Source: Escherichia coli (GTDB taxonomy: Bacteria; Pseudomonadota; Gammaproteobacteria; Enterobacterales; Enterobacteriaceae). Taken from it: a stretch of DNA of 64,000 nt. The DNA is taken from NCBI RefSeq assembly GCF_003334785.1, contig NZ_QOWV01000001.1; one strand, given 5' to 3'. The notes below the pieces were generated by a model. The model was not told the origin of the DNA and made no database searches. It saw only the letters and a program-made list of their open reading frames with translations. The translations under genes were made by a program, and so were the position numbers. How positions within the stretch are numbered: the stretch's first letter is position 1; each line of letters opens with the position of its first letter. This document shows, piece by piece, positions 10,171 through 26,126 of the stretch.

Positions 10171-11004
10171 TCAGGATTCCGGTGGAACCGACATATGGCG
10201 GTATTTCACCAGAATGTCATTCTGCCGTTCTGCTTTATTTTGCAAATCCCACAGACCACGGTCGATACCATCATTAATCAGGAAAATGACCCCTGTTTCG
10301 ATAGCCGACATCAGGCACAGCATAACAGGTTCGTTCGAGGTGTAACCCACTTCCCCTTCAAGCAAGCGCTGGTAGTCAATAAAGCGGAAAACCCCGGCCT
10401 GAACTTCATAGGAAAGTATCGTCTTACTGGTGTTCACCGAAGAAAGGATCTCGCCGGTACTCACATTGACGACGCGCAGGTTCACGGCAATCTGATCGAG
10501 CTGGTATTGCGTGTCGGCACCGATGCCAAAATATCTTGCCCCAACCCCGCCAGATTTGACGTTGCTTTCATAACCGATAATCGAACCTTCAACCATGATA
10601 TTTGCCGCCGTTAAAGATTGCAGCGGGATTCGGTTATTAATGGCAACCGTGCCGTTTTCTTGTGCCGCACGAATAATCTTGCGCTCGTTAAGCAGGTTTT
10701 GTAAGCCCTGGCGCTCCAGCGGTATAAACCAGCGAGAATCTTTCAGTGCCGTGACCAGCATTGCCGTGGCGCTTTGCGGAACAGCAGTGGAGAAGTTACT
10801 TGCCGGGTAGGGTTTAAATTGCCCGGTTTCGTCCTGAATGTTGTATACCGAAACAAAGATTTTACCCGTCGGCGCTGGCAGATGGGTCAAATCTTTGTAG
10901 CTCTGAGCACGAGGCATTAATGTCGGTCTGGCGGCTTCTTTAGGCGGGGCGGTTAAGCATCCGCTCAGTAACATGACGGCAACCAAAAGAAATAAGCGCT
11001 GCAT
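10171..11004 (-). CDS. csgG: Curli secretion outer-membrane lipoprotein channel CsgG
   Basis: 277-aa ORF, lipobox LLSGC near N-terminus; recognised sequence. Confidence 0.95.
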   Translation of the reverse strand: MQRLFLLVAVMLLSGCLTAPPKEAARPTLMPRAQSYKDLTHLPAPTGKIFVSVYNIQDETGQFKPYPASNFSTAVPQSATAMLVTALKDSRWFIPLERQGLQNLLNERKIIRAAQENGTVAINNRIPLQSLTAANIMVEGSIIGYESNVKSGGVGARYFGIGADTQYQLDQIAVNLRVVNVSTGEILSSVNTSKTILSYEVQAGVFRFIDYQRLLEGEVGYTSNEPVMLCLMSAIETGVIFLINDGIDRGLWDLQNKAERQNDILVKYRHMSVPPES

Positions 11005-11030
11005 GATTATTTTCCTTATGAAGCTGGGGC

Positions 11031-11447
11031 TTAAAAATCGGTTGAGTTATTTTGTAAACCCGAAACCTGGATGGTCGAGGTTTGTCCGGTTTTACGATCT
11101 GTCACGTTCAACTGCAATTGACCATCGCGGTTGGCAATATCGACAATATAATCGTTGGTCACCATGCGGCCCGGTTTACCGGTATTAATATTCGACAGTA
11201 GCCCACCTAAAATTTGTGACTGGATGGCCTGAGTAAAGTTATCTAACGCTGAGGGTGTTTCAATACCAAAGTCATCGTTATAGCTCGGATCTTTATAAGA
11301 GTTTTGGGCCTGAGCGCTATTTAATAAAAAAGCGCCATTATTTGGGTTACCACCAAAGTTTGGATTACGGAACTGGAAAGTCATGGTTCCAGCCCAACTT
11401 AATGGCGAAATAAGCATGAGTAGAACTACTGCATGTTTGACACGCAT
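11031..11447 (-). CDS. csgF: Curli assembly component CsgF
   Basis: 138-aa ORF with signal peptide ([19 protein letters not shown]), position in csgDEFG. Confidence 0.95.
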
Positions 11448-11471
11448 TGCAGCCTCCGAACAATTTTTTAT

Positions 11472-11861
11472 TTAGAATTCATCATGCGCCAAATCGCCCG
11501 TACTTAATAACGCCTGATTTATCTGGCGACGATTTAGTGCTTCTTCAGTTTGAATCAGTGCAAAGACGACAGTTTTCTCGAAGTCTCTTTTCAACGGAAA
11601 TAAAAAAGTCTGGAAAATAACGTCCTGATTGACCGTTATAGTGATCCAGCTTCCCCATCGTGCACTGGGCCTTTCATTAATCGTTAAGTTACCCGTATAG
11701 TCACTTTCCCATTTATCACTAAAGGCTCGGTAAAAATCATGGCCAATAGATGAAACAGTATGGTCAGTTAGCAATCCCGGGACTTCTACCTCAACGGCGT
11801 GAAGATTCCCTGCGGCGAACAGAAATTCTGCCGCCACAATCCAGCGTAAATAACGTTTCAT
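11472..11861 (-). CDS. csgE: Curli secretion specificity factor CsgE
   Basis: 129-aa ORF with signal peptide, between csgD and csgF. Confidence 0.95.
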
Positions 11862-11865
11862 GGCT

Positions 11866-12516
<651 letters not shown>

Positions 12517-13270
12517 GATGAAACCCCGCTTTTTTTATTGATCGCACACCTGACAGCTGCCTCTAAAATAGAAGCACCAGAAGTACTGACAGATGTTGCA
12601 CTGCTGTGTGTAGTAATAAATCAGCCCTAAATGGGTAAAATATAAAACTAATGGATTACATCTGATTTCAATCTAGCCATTACAAATCTTAAATCAAGTG
12701 TTAAACATGTAACTAAATGTAACTCGTTATATTAAAATGTTAACCTTAAGGTTTTATTAAGTTTAGAAATGATAGAAAAGTTGTACATTTGGTTTTTATT
12801 GCACAATTTTAAAAAATCATACAAATGGTGATAACTTACTAATAATGCATATAAAAAATATTTCGGTGTAGTCCTTTCGTCATGTAAAACGTTCTTGTTT
12901 TTTCTCCACACCTCCGTGGACAATTTTTTACTGCAAAAAGACGAGGTTTGTCACGGCTTGTGCGCAAGACATATCGCAGCAATCAGCGACGGGCAAGAAG
13001 AATGACTGTCTGGTGCTTTTTGATAGCGGAAAGCGGAGATTTAAAAGAAAACAAAATATTTTTTTGCGTAGATAACAGCGTATTTACGTGGGTTTTAATA
13101 CTTTGGTATGAACTAAAAAAGAAAAATACAACGCGCGGGTGAGTTATTAAAAATATTTCCGCAGACATACTTTCCATCGTAACGCAGCGTTAACAAAATA
13201 CAGGTTGCGTTAACAACCAAGTTGAAATGATTTAATTTCTTAAATGTACGACCAGGTCCAGGGTGACAAC
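12517..13270. promoter_or_regulatory. Divergent csgD / csgBAC intergenic control region (754 bp, strongly AT-rich)
   Basis: Long AT-rich gap between divergent start codons; holds the csgD 5'UTR and both promoters (established knowledge). Individual binding sites not mapped here. Confidence 0.85.
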
Positions 13271-13726
13271 ATGAAAAACAAATTGTTATTTATGATGTTA
13301 ACAATACTGGGTGCGCCTGGGATTGCAGCCGCAGCAGGTTATGATTTAGCTAATTCAGAATATAACTTCGCGGTAAATGAATTGAGTAAGTCTTCATTTA
13401 ATCAGGCAGCCATAATTGGTCAAGCTGGGACTAATAATAGTGCTCAGTTACGGCAGGGAGGCTCAAAACTTTTGGCGGTTGTTGCGCAAGAAGGTAGTAG
13501 CAACCGGGCAAAGATTGACCAGACAGGAGATTATAACCTTGCATATATTGATCAGGCGGGCAGTGCCAACGATGCCAGTATTTCGCAAGGTGCTTATGGT
13601 AATACTGCGATGATTATCCAGAAAGGTTCTGGTAATAAAGCAAATATTACACAGTATGGTACTCAAAAAACGGCAATTGTAGTGCAGAGACAGTCGCAAA
13701 TGGCTATTCGCGTGACACAACGTTAA
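13271..13726 (+). CDS. csgB: Minor curlin nucleator CsgB
   Basis: ORF 13244..13726 trimmed to ATG 13271 (MKNKLLFMMLTILGAPGIAAA...), 151 aa; imperfect Q/N/G/S/A-rich repeats. Confidence 0.95.
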   Translation: MKNKLLFMMLTILGAPGIAAAAGYDLANSEYNFAVNELSKSSFNQAAIIGQAGTNNSAQLRQGGSKLLAVVAQEGSSNRAKIDQTGDYNLAYIDQAGSANDASISQGAYGNTAMIIQKGSGNKANITQYGTQKTAIVVQRQSQMAIRVTQR

Positions 13727-13766
13727 TTTCCATTCGACTTTTAAATCAATCCGATGGGGGTTTTAC

Positions 13767-14222
13767 ATGAAACTTTTAAAAGTAGCAGCAATTGCAGCAA
13801 TCGTATTCTCCGGTAGCGCTCTGGCAGGTGTTGTTCCTCAGTACGGCGGCGGCGGTAACCACGGTGGTGGCGGTAATAATAGCGGCCCAAATTCTGAGCT
13901 GAACATTTACCAGTACGGTGGCGGTAACTCTGCACTTGCTCTGCAAACTGATGCCCGTAACTCTGACTTGACTATTACCCAGCATGGCGGCGGTAATGGT
14001 GCAGATGTTGGTCAGGGCTCAGATGACAGCTCAATCGATCTGACCCAACGTGGCTTCGGTAACAGCGCTACTCTTGATCAGTGGAACGGCAAAAATTCTG
14101 AAATGACGGTTAAACAGTTCGGTGGTGGCAACGGTGCTGCAGTTGACCAGACTGCATCTAACTCCTCCGTCAACGTGACTCAGGTTGGCTTTGGTAACAA
14201 CGCGACCGCTCATCAGTACTAA
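13767..14222 (+). CDS. csgA: Major curlin subunit CsgA (amyloid)
   Basis: 151-aa ORF; signal peptide then five imperfect repeats of the S-x5-Q-x-G-x-G-N-x-A type visible in translation. Confidence 0.96.
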   Translation: MKLLKVAAIAAIVFSGSALAGVVPQYGGGGNHGGGGNNSGPNSELNIYQYGGGNSALALQTDARNSDLTITQHGGGNGADVGQGSDDSSIDLTQRGFGNSATLDQWNGKNSEMTVKQFGGGNGAAVDQTASNSSVNVTQVGFGNNATAHQY

Positions 14223-14242
14223 TACATCATTTGTATTACAGA

Positions 14243-14268
14243 AACAGGGCGCAAGCCCTGTTTTTTTT
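14243..14268 (+). terminator. Rho-independent terminator after csgA
   Basis: cagggcgcaagccctg hairpin followed by 8 T. Confidence 0.8.
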
Positions 14269-14280
14269 CGGGAGAAGAAT

Positions 14281-15045
<765 letters not shown>

Positions 15046-15139
15046 GTTTCTGAACAACTCACGTTGCTGAGCAGAAAAATGCGATTTAACCAAAAAGCCT
15101 GCTGTACACTTAAGAAACAAGAAGGTGTAAGGAGGCGTT

Positions 15140-15673
15140 ATGAAAACGCGTATTCATGTTGTGCAGGGTGATATTACCAAACTGGCCGTTGATGTGATTG
15201 TGAATGCGGCTAATCCGTCATTAATGGGAGGCGGCGGCGTCGATGGGGCCATTCATCGCGCAGCGGGTCCGGCCCTGCTGGATGCTTGTTTAAAAGTCAG
15301 GCAACAGCAGGGCGATTGCCCTACGGGGCATGCCGTTATTACGCTTGCAGGCGATCTTCCCGCTAAAGCCGTAGTGCACACCGTCGGGCCAGTCTGGCGT
15401 GGTGGTGAACAAAACGAAGACCAGCTTTTGCAGGATGCCTATCTCAATAGCCTACGACTGGTGGCGGCAAACAGCTATACGTCAGTGGCTTTTCCTGCAA
15501 TCAGTACTGGGGTTTATGGTTACCCTCGTGCGGCAGCGGCTGAAATCGCAGTAAAAACCGTTTCAGAATTTATTACCCGTCACGCTTTACCCGAACAGGT
15601 ATACTTTGTCTGTTATGATGAAGAAAACGCCCACCTCTACGAAAGACTCCTTACCCAACAAGGAGATGAATGA
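15140..15673 (+). CDS. ymdB: Macrodomain protein YmdB (O-acetyl-ADP-ribose deacetylase)
   Basis: 177-aa [46 protein letters not shown]... (macrodomain signature). Confidence 0.93.
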
Positions 15674-15674
15674 T

Positions 15675-17096
15675 TTGCCCCGGCTGGCGAGCGCGGTGCT
15701 GCCACTGTGTTCGCAACATCCCGGTCAGTGTGGCCTTTTTCCTCTGGAGAAAAGTCTGGATGCGTTTGCCGCCCGGTATCGTCTGGCCGAAATGGCAGAG
15801 CATACGCTCGATGTTCAGTATTACATCTGGCAGGACGATATGTCGGGTCGGTTACTGTTTTCCGCCCTGTTAGCCGCAGCAAAGCGTGGCGTTCGCGTCC
15901 GTTTGTTGCTGGACGACAACAATACGCCCGGACTTGACGACATTTTACGCTTGCTTGACAGTCATCCACGCATTGAAGTCCGGCTTTTTAATCCTTTCTC
16001 GTTTCGCTTGCTGCGTCCGCTTGGTTATATCACCGACTTTTCCCGTCTTAATCGCCGTATGCACAATAAAAGTTTCACTGTCGATGGCGTGGTGACCCTG
16101 GTGGGAGGACGAAATATTGGTGATGCCTATTTTGGAGCAGGGGAGGAGCCACTTTTTTCGGATTTAGATGTCATGGCAATAGGACCCGTGGTAGAGGACG
16201 TTGCCGATGATTTCGCCCGCTACTGGTATTGCAAATCGGTTTCACCCTTACAGCAGGTGCTGGATGTCCCGGAGGGTGAAATGGCGGATCGCATCGAGTT
16301 ACCCGCCTCCTGGCATAACGATGCCATGACGCATCGTTATTTACGCAAAATGGAATCCAGTCCATTTATAAATCATCTGGTTGATGGAACATTGCCGCTT
16401 ATCTGGGCGAAGACACGTTTATTAAGTGATGATCCGGCGAAAGGGGAGGGCAAGGCAAAACGGCATTCACTGTTACCGCAGCGCCTGTTCGATATCATGG
16501 GCTCACCCAGTGAACGCATCGATATTATCTCTTCCTATTTTGTACCGACACGCGCAGGTGTGGCGCAACTCTTACGGATGGTGAGAAAAGGGGTAAAGAT
16601 TGCGATCCTAACCAATTCTCTTGCCGCTAACGATGTTGCTGTCGTCCATGCCGGATACGCGCGCTGGCGCAAAAAATTGCTCCGCTATGGCGTGGAATTA
16701 TATGAACTCAAGCCGACGCGTGAACAAAGTAGTACGTTACACGATCGCGGCATAACCGGTAATTCCGGAGCCAGCCTGCATGCTAAAACCTTTAGCATCG
16801 ATGGTAAAACGGTGTTTATCGGCTCTTTCAATTTCGATCCGCGTTCAACATTGCTCAATACTGAAATGGGCTTCGTGATAGAGAGCGAAACGCTGGCACA
16901 GTTAATTGATAAACGCTTTATTCAGAGCCAGTATGATGCGGCCTGGCAGCTCCGTCTGGACAGGTGGGGACGGATCAACTGGGTTGATCGTCATGCAAAG
17001 AAAGAGATTATTCTCAAAAAAGAACCCGCCACCAGTTTCTGGAAGCGGGTTATGGTCAGACTGGCGTCGATATTGCCCGTGGAATGGTTATTGTAA
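15675..17096 (+). CDS. clsC: Cardiolipin synthase C (phospholipase D family, two HKD motifs)
   Basis: Large ORF in a different frame from ymdB; HxK(x)4D motifs (HNKSF..., HAKTFSIDGK...). Start placed at TTG 15675 (473 aa; AGGAG 9 nt upstream); in-frame ATG at 15666 is an alternative (476 aa). Confidence 0.85.
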   Translation: MPRLASAVLPLCSQHPGQCGLFPLEKSLDAFAARYRLAEMAEHTLDVQYYIWQDDMSGRLLFSALLAAAKRGVRVRLLLDDNNTPGLDDILRLLDSHPRIEVRLFNPFSFRLLRPLGYITDFSRLNRRMHNKSFTVDGVVTLVGGRNIGDAYFGAGEEPLFSDLDVMAIGPVVEDVADDFARYWYCKSVSPLQQVLDVPEGEMADRIELPASWHNDAMTHRYLRKMESSPFINHLVDGTLPLIWAKTRLLSDDPAKGEGKAKRHSLLPQRLFDIMGSPSERIDIISSYFVPTRAGVAQLLRMVRKGVKIAILTNSLAANDVAVVHAGYARWRKKLLRYGVELYELKPTREQSSTLHDRGITGNSGASLHAKTFSIDGKTVFIGSFNFDPRSTLLNTEMGFVIESETLAQLIDKRFIQSQYDAAWQLRLDRWGRINWVDRHAKKEIILKKEPATSFWKRVMVRLASILPVEWLL

Positions 17097-17103
17097 ATGT
17101 GGC

Positions 17104-18261
17104 TTAACGGGCTGGTGCTTTATCGTTCTCACGCTTAACAACCGGTTTACCAGAGAACAAAAACTTCAGTAACGGGATGCGCAAATGAATTTCATACAGA
17201 ATTATCGCAATCCCTACTACAAATATCAGGCCACAGAGAAAACCAAGCCAGTTGGAGGTGATGTGCGGTGTAATGTATGCGCCGAAAAACAGCGTTAACG
17301 GGTGGTGAACCAGATAGATAAACAGCGATGCGTTAACAAAATAAGTCACCCGCGCTGACTGGAAGTTAAGCAAACGGTGGCCAAAGGAGAAGACCACATT
17401 CACCATCCACAGACCGAGGACCATGGTGATCACCGACTCGGTTTCGTACATCCAGGCATCGCCACTGCCATAGCGCTGGTTGAGTAAATAAGCGACAAAC
17501 GCCAATGCTGCTGCAAGGGTACAGCCACGAGACGGCGTGGTAAACAAGGCTTTAAGATGAGGGAAAATGAAAGCCAGTGCGCCGAGGATAAAGAACGGCA
17601 AATAAAACAGCGTTTGCATGACAATAAAATTGAACATGCCATTACTCAGAATGGGCGGATACACAATAAAAATCGTTCTTCTTATTACCGCATAACCGAT
17701 GCCGAGGCATAAAAAAATCACCGATAGTTTTACCATCGAGAATTTTTTATTCGTTTTATCAGAATTTTCTAAATTATTTCTGATGCGCTTAAATATCCAT
17801 ACGCACAGCGTCGTCATGACCACTAACACCAGTAAAAACCACAGGTGTGATATTAATTCCCAGGCCAACGTATTATATTTGTCATACAATGACAGCCCAG
17901 GCCAACTTTCCGCTTTTCCTTTGACATATTGCAGCATAATAAATTGCGGTAATGTCAGTAGGGGGATGGCTGTTAACATCGGGATACCTACACGTTCGAC
18001 ACGTACTTTCCACCATTTTTTCAAGGGATAGCGTAAAAAAAGCATGTAGGAAAAGTAGCCGGATATAACGAAAAATACCTGCATGCGGAACGAGTGGATG
18101 AAGTCATTAAAAAGGGTCAGCCACAATGATGATTCGGCGCTATTCACATGCCATGTATGGCTCGAATAGATTAAAGAAATATGAAAAGGTATCCCTAACA
18201 ACATCAGCCAGGCGCGGATGGAGTCGAGGAAATATTCACGTTGCGCGGGTACTGGGTTCAT
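17104..18261 (-). CDS. opgC: Osmoregulated periplasmic glucan succinyltransferase OpgC (MdoC), membrane acyltransferase
   Basis: 385-aa hydrophobic ORF convergent with clsC, divergent from opgGH. Confidence 0.92.
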   Translation of the reverse strand: MNPVPAQREYFLDSIRAWLMLLGIPFHISLIYSSHTWHVNSAESSLWLTLFNDFIHSFRMQVFFVISGYFSYMLFLRYPLKKWWKVRVERVGIPMLTAIPLLTLPQFIMLQYVKGKAESWPGLSLYDKYNTLAWELISHLWFLLVLVVMTTLCVWIFKRIRNNLENSDKTNKKFSMVKLSVIFLCLGIGYAVIRRTIFIVYPPILSNGMFNFIVMQTLFYLPFFILGALAFIFPHLKALFTTPSRGCTLAAALAFVAYLLNQRYGSGDAWMYETESVITMVLGLWMVNVVFSFGHRLLNFQSARVTYFVNASLFIYLVHHPLTLFFGAYITPHITSNWLGFLCGLIFVVGIAIILYEIHLRIPLLKFLFSGKPVVKRENDKAPAR

Positions 18262-18543
18262 ATATGGTTAACTAATCTCGGATTTTTCGTCTTATCCCTG
18301 TCGGGTTATGCCTTTAGGCTTGTTGCCATAGTGACACCGACCTGACCGCGCCAGGCGCAGGCTTCAAGGTTTTTATGCATAGCATCATCGCTACCACTAA
18401 CCAGAATGGAAGCGTCTGTAAGACGGTTGATAAATAAATTTGCTGGCAAACCCTACACGAAGTCGATGCTTCTGTCTTTAGGAGAAGCACGGAAAGTGAA
18501 AACGGTTGCAATCAGGTGCTTAATCCATGAGCCAGCGTGCTGA

Positions 18544-22726
<4,183 letters not shown>

Positions 22727-22735
22727 AAACGTAGT

Positions 22736-22840
22736 TGCCTGATGCGCTACGCTTATCAGGCCTACATCGTTCCTGCAATTTATTGATTTTGCAAGACTTT
22801 GTGGGTCGGATAAGGCGTTCACGCCGCATCCGGCAAAAAC
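22736..22840. repeat. REP/BIME-type palindromic units downstream of opgH
   Basis: gcctgatgcgctacgcttatcaggcctac ... cggataaggcgttcacgccgcatccggca: classic REP consensus in opposed orientation. Confidence 0.8.
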
Positions 22841-22854
22841 AACGAGCCAATAAA

Positions 22855-22884
22855 AATACCGGCGTTATGCCGGTATTTTTTTAC
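22855..22884 (+). terminator. Rho-independent terminator (end of opgGH transcript)
   Basis: ataccggcgttatgccggtat hairpin followed by 7 T. Confidence 0.8.
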
Positions 22885-22898
22885 GAAAGAGGTATCAA

Positions 22899-23126
22899 AT
22901 GCGTTTAATTGTGGTGAGCATCATGGTGACCTTGCTGAGTGGCTGTGGCAGCATTATTAGTCGCACTATACCGGGGCAGGGGCATGGCAACCAATATTAT
23001 CCCGGTGTGCAATGGGATGTGCGTGACTCCGCCTGGCGTTATGTCACGATCCTTGATCTGCCATTCTCTCTGGTTTTTGATACTTTACTGCTGCCGATCG
23101 ACATTCATCATGGCCCGTATGAGTGA
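22899..23126 (+). CDS. yceK: Lipoprotein YceK
   Basis: 75-aa ORF with lipobox (MRLIVVSIMVTLLSGC). Confidence 0.85.
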   Translation: MRLIVVSIMVTLLSGCGSIISRTIPGQGHGNQYYPGVQWDVRDSAWRYVTILDLPFSLVFDTLLLPIDIHHGPYE

Positions 23127-23501
23127 TTAACGTTCATCCCACTCATCAGCTGCTGCGCGTCCTTCCTCGGTATCCAGCGGTGGCTCAAGCTGAAATTCCC
23201 CCTCGTCCCATTCATGTAATGTATTCTCTTCCTGCCACTCCTGGCGTATCTCTATCTCATCATAGTCGCCATCAAAAACACTTTGCGCGGCTTCACCGCT
23301 AAGCATAGGTAAACATTCACCTTCTTCCCCTTCGTCGGCAAAAAACTCAACTTGCCACATGATGTCGCCGTCCTGCAAAACGTATTTTTGGGCATTGAAC
23401 TGTTGCACATTCGCATCTTCGGCGTCGATGCCGGGGTTGTCTGCAAGAAATTCTTCGCGTGCAGCGTCAATGGCTTCTTCAAGCGTTGCGTACATGGTCA
23501 T
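23127..23501 (-). CDS. msyB: Acidic protein MsyB
   Basis: 124-aa ORF (MTMYATLEEAIDAAREEF...), extremely D/E-rich; stop abuts the yceK stop. Confidence 0.9.
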   Translation of the reverse strand: MTMYATLEEAIDAAREEFLADNPGIDAEDANVQQFNAQKYVLQDGDIMWQVEFFADEGEEGECLPMLSGEAAQSVFDGDYDEIEIRQEWQEENTLHEWDEGEFQLEPPLDTEEGRAAADEWDER

Positions 23502-23583
23502 CACGATTCTCCCTTTGAGTTGATGAGGTTTCAGGGAAAAGGATAGCTGATTCTCCGCTTTTGCAAGTATGAAAGGCGAAAAA

Positions 23584-24810
23584 TCAGTTCGATACCTGGG
23601 GTATTCGACGACGACGTAGACTGTTCCATGAATAGACTGCGTTGAATAACACTACGCCAGCGGTGACGAGAAATACCGCTCTGAAACCGTAGTTCGCTGA
23701 AATCGCTGCTCCCATCAATGGTCCGGTAACGTTGCCAATATCACGAAACGATTGGTTATAGCTGAAGATACGCCCGGCGATCTGGTTGCTCGAGTTGTAA
23801 ACCAACAGTGTCTGTACGGCGGGGAGTAGTGCACCATCGGCGGCACCGAGCAAAAAACGTAAAATCCCAAGTTGCAATGGCGTCTGAACGTAAGACATTG
23901 GGATCAACAGCAGTACAGAAAAGATCAGCGCTGTAATCAGGATCTTTTCGGGTCCGATTCGATCGCCAAGTTTGCCGAGTCGTGGTGCACTTAGCAGAGC
24001 CGCCACGCCTGGCACCGAGGCGATCATGCCACTGATAAAGGCGACGTTACTGACGTTACCCGCCAGTTCGCGGACATACAGCGTCAGAATGGGGGCAATT
24101 GAGCCCGTCGCCACCTGGATGATTAACGTAGTGACAAACAGGCTGAGTACCAGTTTCGGGTTTTTAAGTGATGTCACCACTTCCCGCATGTGCAGCATCT
24201 CTTTTTTGCTGACCGGCTGGAATTTTTCTCTGATGCAAAACAGGGTGACGAAAAAGCAGAGTATGAGCACACTGGCGGTAATAAAGAATACCGGACGTAA
24301 GCCGTAGCTATCGGCGAGCAGGCCGCCAGCCATTGGGCCGAGCAACGCACCACTAACGCCGCCTGTGGAGAGCGTACCCAGCGCCCAGCCGCTTTTATTA
24401 CGCGGTACTTGTGTGGCGATAAGAGCATTAGCGTTGGGGACAAATCCGCCAAGTAACCCAAGAAGCGCCCGCAGGATCAAAAACTGCCAGATATTTTGTG
24501 CCAGCCCCATCAACACCATCACGATGCCCATGCCGAGGGCAGAGCGTAATAGCATGAGTTTTCGGCCTTTACGGTCGGCGAGTCCACCCCAAAACGGTGA
24601 GGCGATGGCCGAAAATAAAAATGTAATGCTGAAGACAATACCGGACCACATATTCAGGGCGGAGTGACCGGTAACGCCAAGCTGCTCAACGTAGAGGGGT
24701 AAGAAGGGCATTACCAGACTGAAGGCGGCACCGGTAAGAAAACAGCCTAGCCAGGCGACGATCAGGTTTCGTTTCCAGTTTATAGGGGTGTCATTTTCAC
24801 AGGGTGACAT
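23584..24810 (-). CDS. mdtG: MFS multidrug efflux transporter MdtG
   Basis: 408-aa polytopic membrane ORF with MFS signature, upstream of msyB on the same strand. Confidence 0.92.
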
Positions 24811-24981
24811 AGCAATCCGCTGTTGGTGCGCCAGGCGCGGTGAACATAAGAAGAAAAGATAAGCACACTAATTATGCGCCCGACTTCCAGGGGGCGCAAT
24901 CCAGAGAGCTTTTATCGCTAAATCAGGGGGATTTGCTGTGGTAATGCCGGATGCCATTCTGAAGCATCCGGCATGGGAGAT

Positions 24982-25902
24982 TTAATAGCGTGAAGGAACG
25001 CCTTCCGGGCGTGTTTTAAAGCGACGGTGTAACCACATATACTGCTCTGGTGCCATCATGATGCATTTTTCGACCACTTTGTTCATCCACGCGGCGGTAG
25101 TTTCGGCATCATCCAGTGGCGGAGAACACTCTGGCGGCAGCATAATCAATTGATACCCTTTGCCATCTGGCTTACGGCGTGGAACGAAGGGCACCAGACA
25201 TGCGCCGGACATCCGTGCCAGCATCCAGGTTCCGGTCGTGGTCGCAGCCTGCTCAACGGCAAACAACGGGACGAAAACGCTTGAGCGCGGGCCGTAATCA
25301 TGATCCGGTGCGTACCAGACCACTTCGCCTTTTTTCAGGGCTTTAATCATGCCTTTTAAATCTTTGCGGTCGAGCATCGATTTATTTGAGCGCAAACGGC
25401 CCCAGGTTTGTAGCCAGTCAATCAGTGGATTATCGTTCGGGCGATAAACGCCAATACCCGGTTCCTGCATACCAAACTGCCGCGCACCCAGCTCCAGTGT
25501 CAGAAAATGGATGCCAACTAACAGGATGCCGCGTTTTTGCGCCTGCACGTCACGAATGTGTTCCATGCCGATCACTTCCGTCCAGCGGGCGATTCGGCGG
25601 TCCGGCCAGAACCACGCCATGCCGGTTTCCATCAGGCCCATGCCAACGGATTCGAAATTCTTCACCACCATTTTACGGCGTTCTTGTTCGCTCATTTCCG
25701 GGAAGCACAGTTCCAGGTTGCGATGCACAATTTTTGCGCGTCGTTTCATAAAACGTAACGCCAGTTTTCCTAATCCACAACCGAGGCGGTAGATAACCGG
25801 GTAGGGCAATTGCACGACTAACCAAAGTACGCCAATACCCAACCAGGTTAACCAATAACGCGGATGAAGCAGTGCGGTGGAGAACTTGGGTAGATTCGTC
25901 AT
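24982..25902 (-). CDS. lpxL: Lipid A biosynthesis lauroyltransferase LpxL (HtrB)
   Basis: ORF trimmed to ATG (complement 25900-25902), [17 protein letters not shown]..., 306 aa. Confidence 0.93.
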
Positions 25903-26126
25903 ATCAATCCTGTTTTTCAACCTATTCGGGCAATTGTATGTATTGTCGCATTTTTTCGCCCGCAACCAAAATTTGTGGCTGAAGACTGGGCGAAATTGCC
26001 GCGCTTGTAAATAACAAATAATTTTTAATGCGCAAATGTAGCGTAAAATGTGTGGATGTTAATTATCGATAATTGCTATATCATGCCGCGGATTTTTACT
26101 TTCCCATCTCGCAGGAACCGTACACC

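Noticed and set aside
18314-18511. 65-aa minus-strand ORF in the opgC-opgG spacer
   Set aside because: No recognisable SD or protein features; the region is the divergent promoter/leader for opgGH and opgC.
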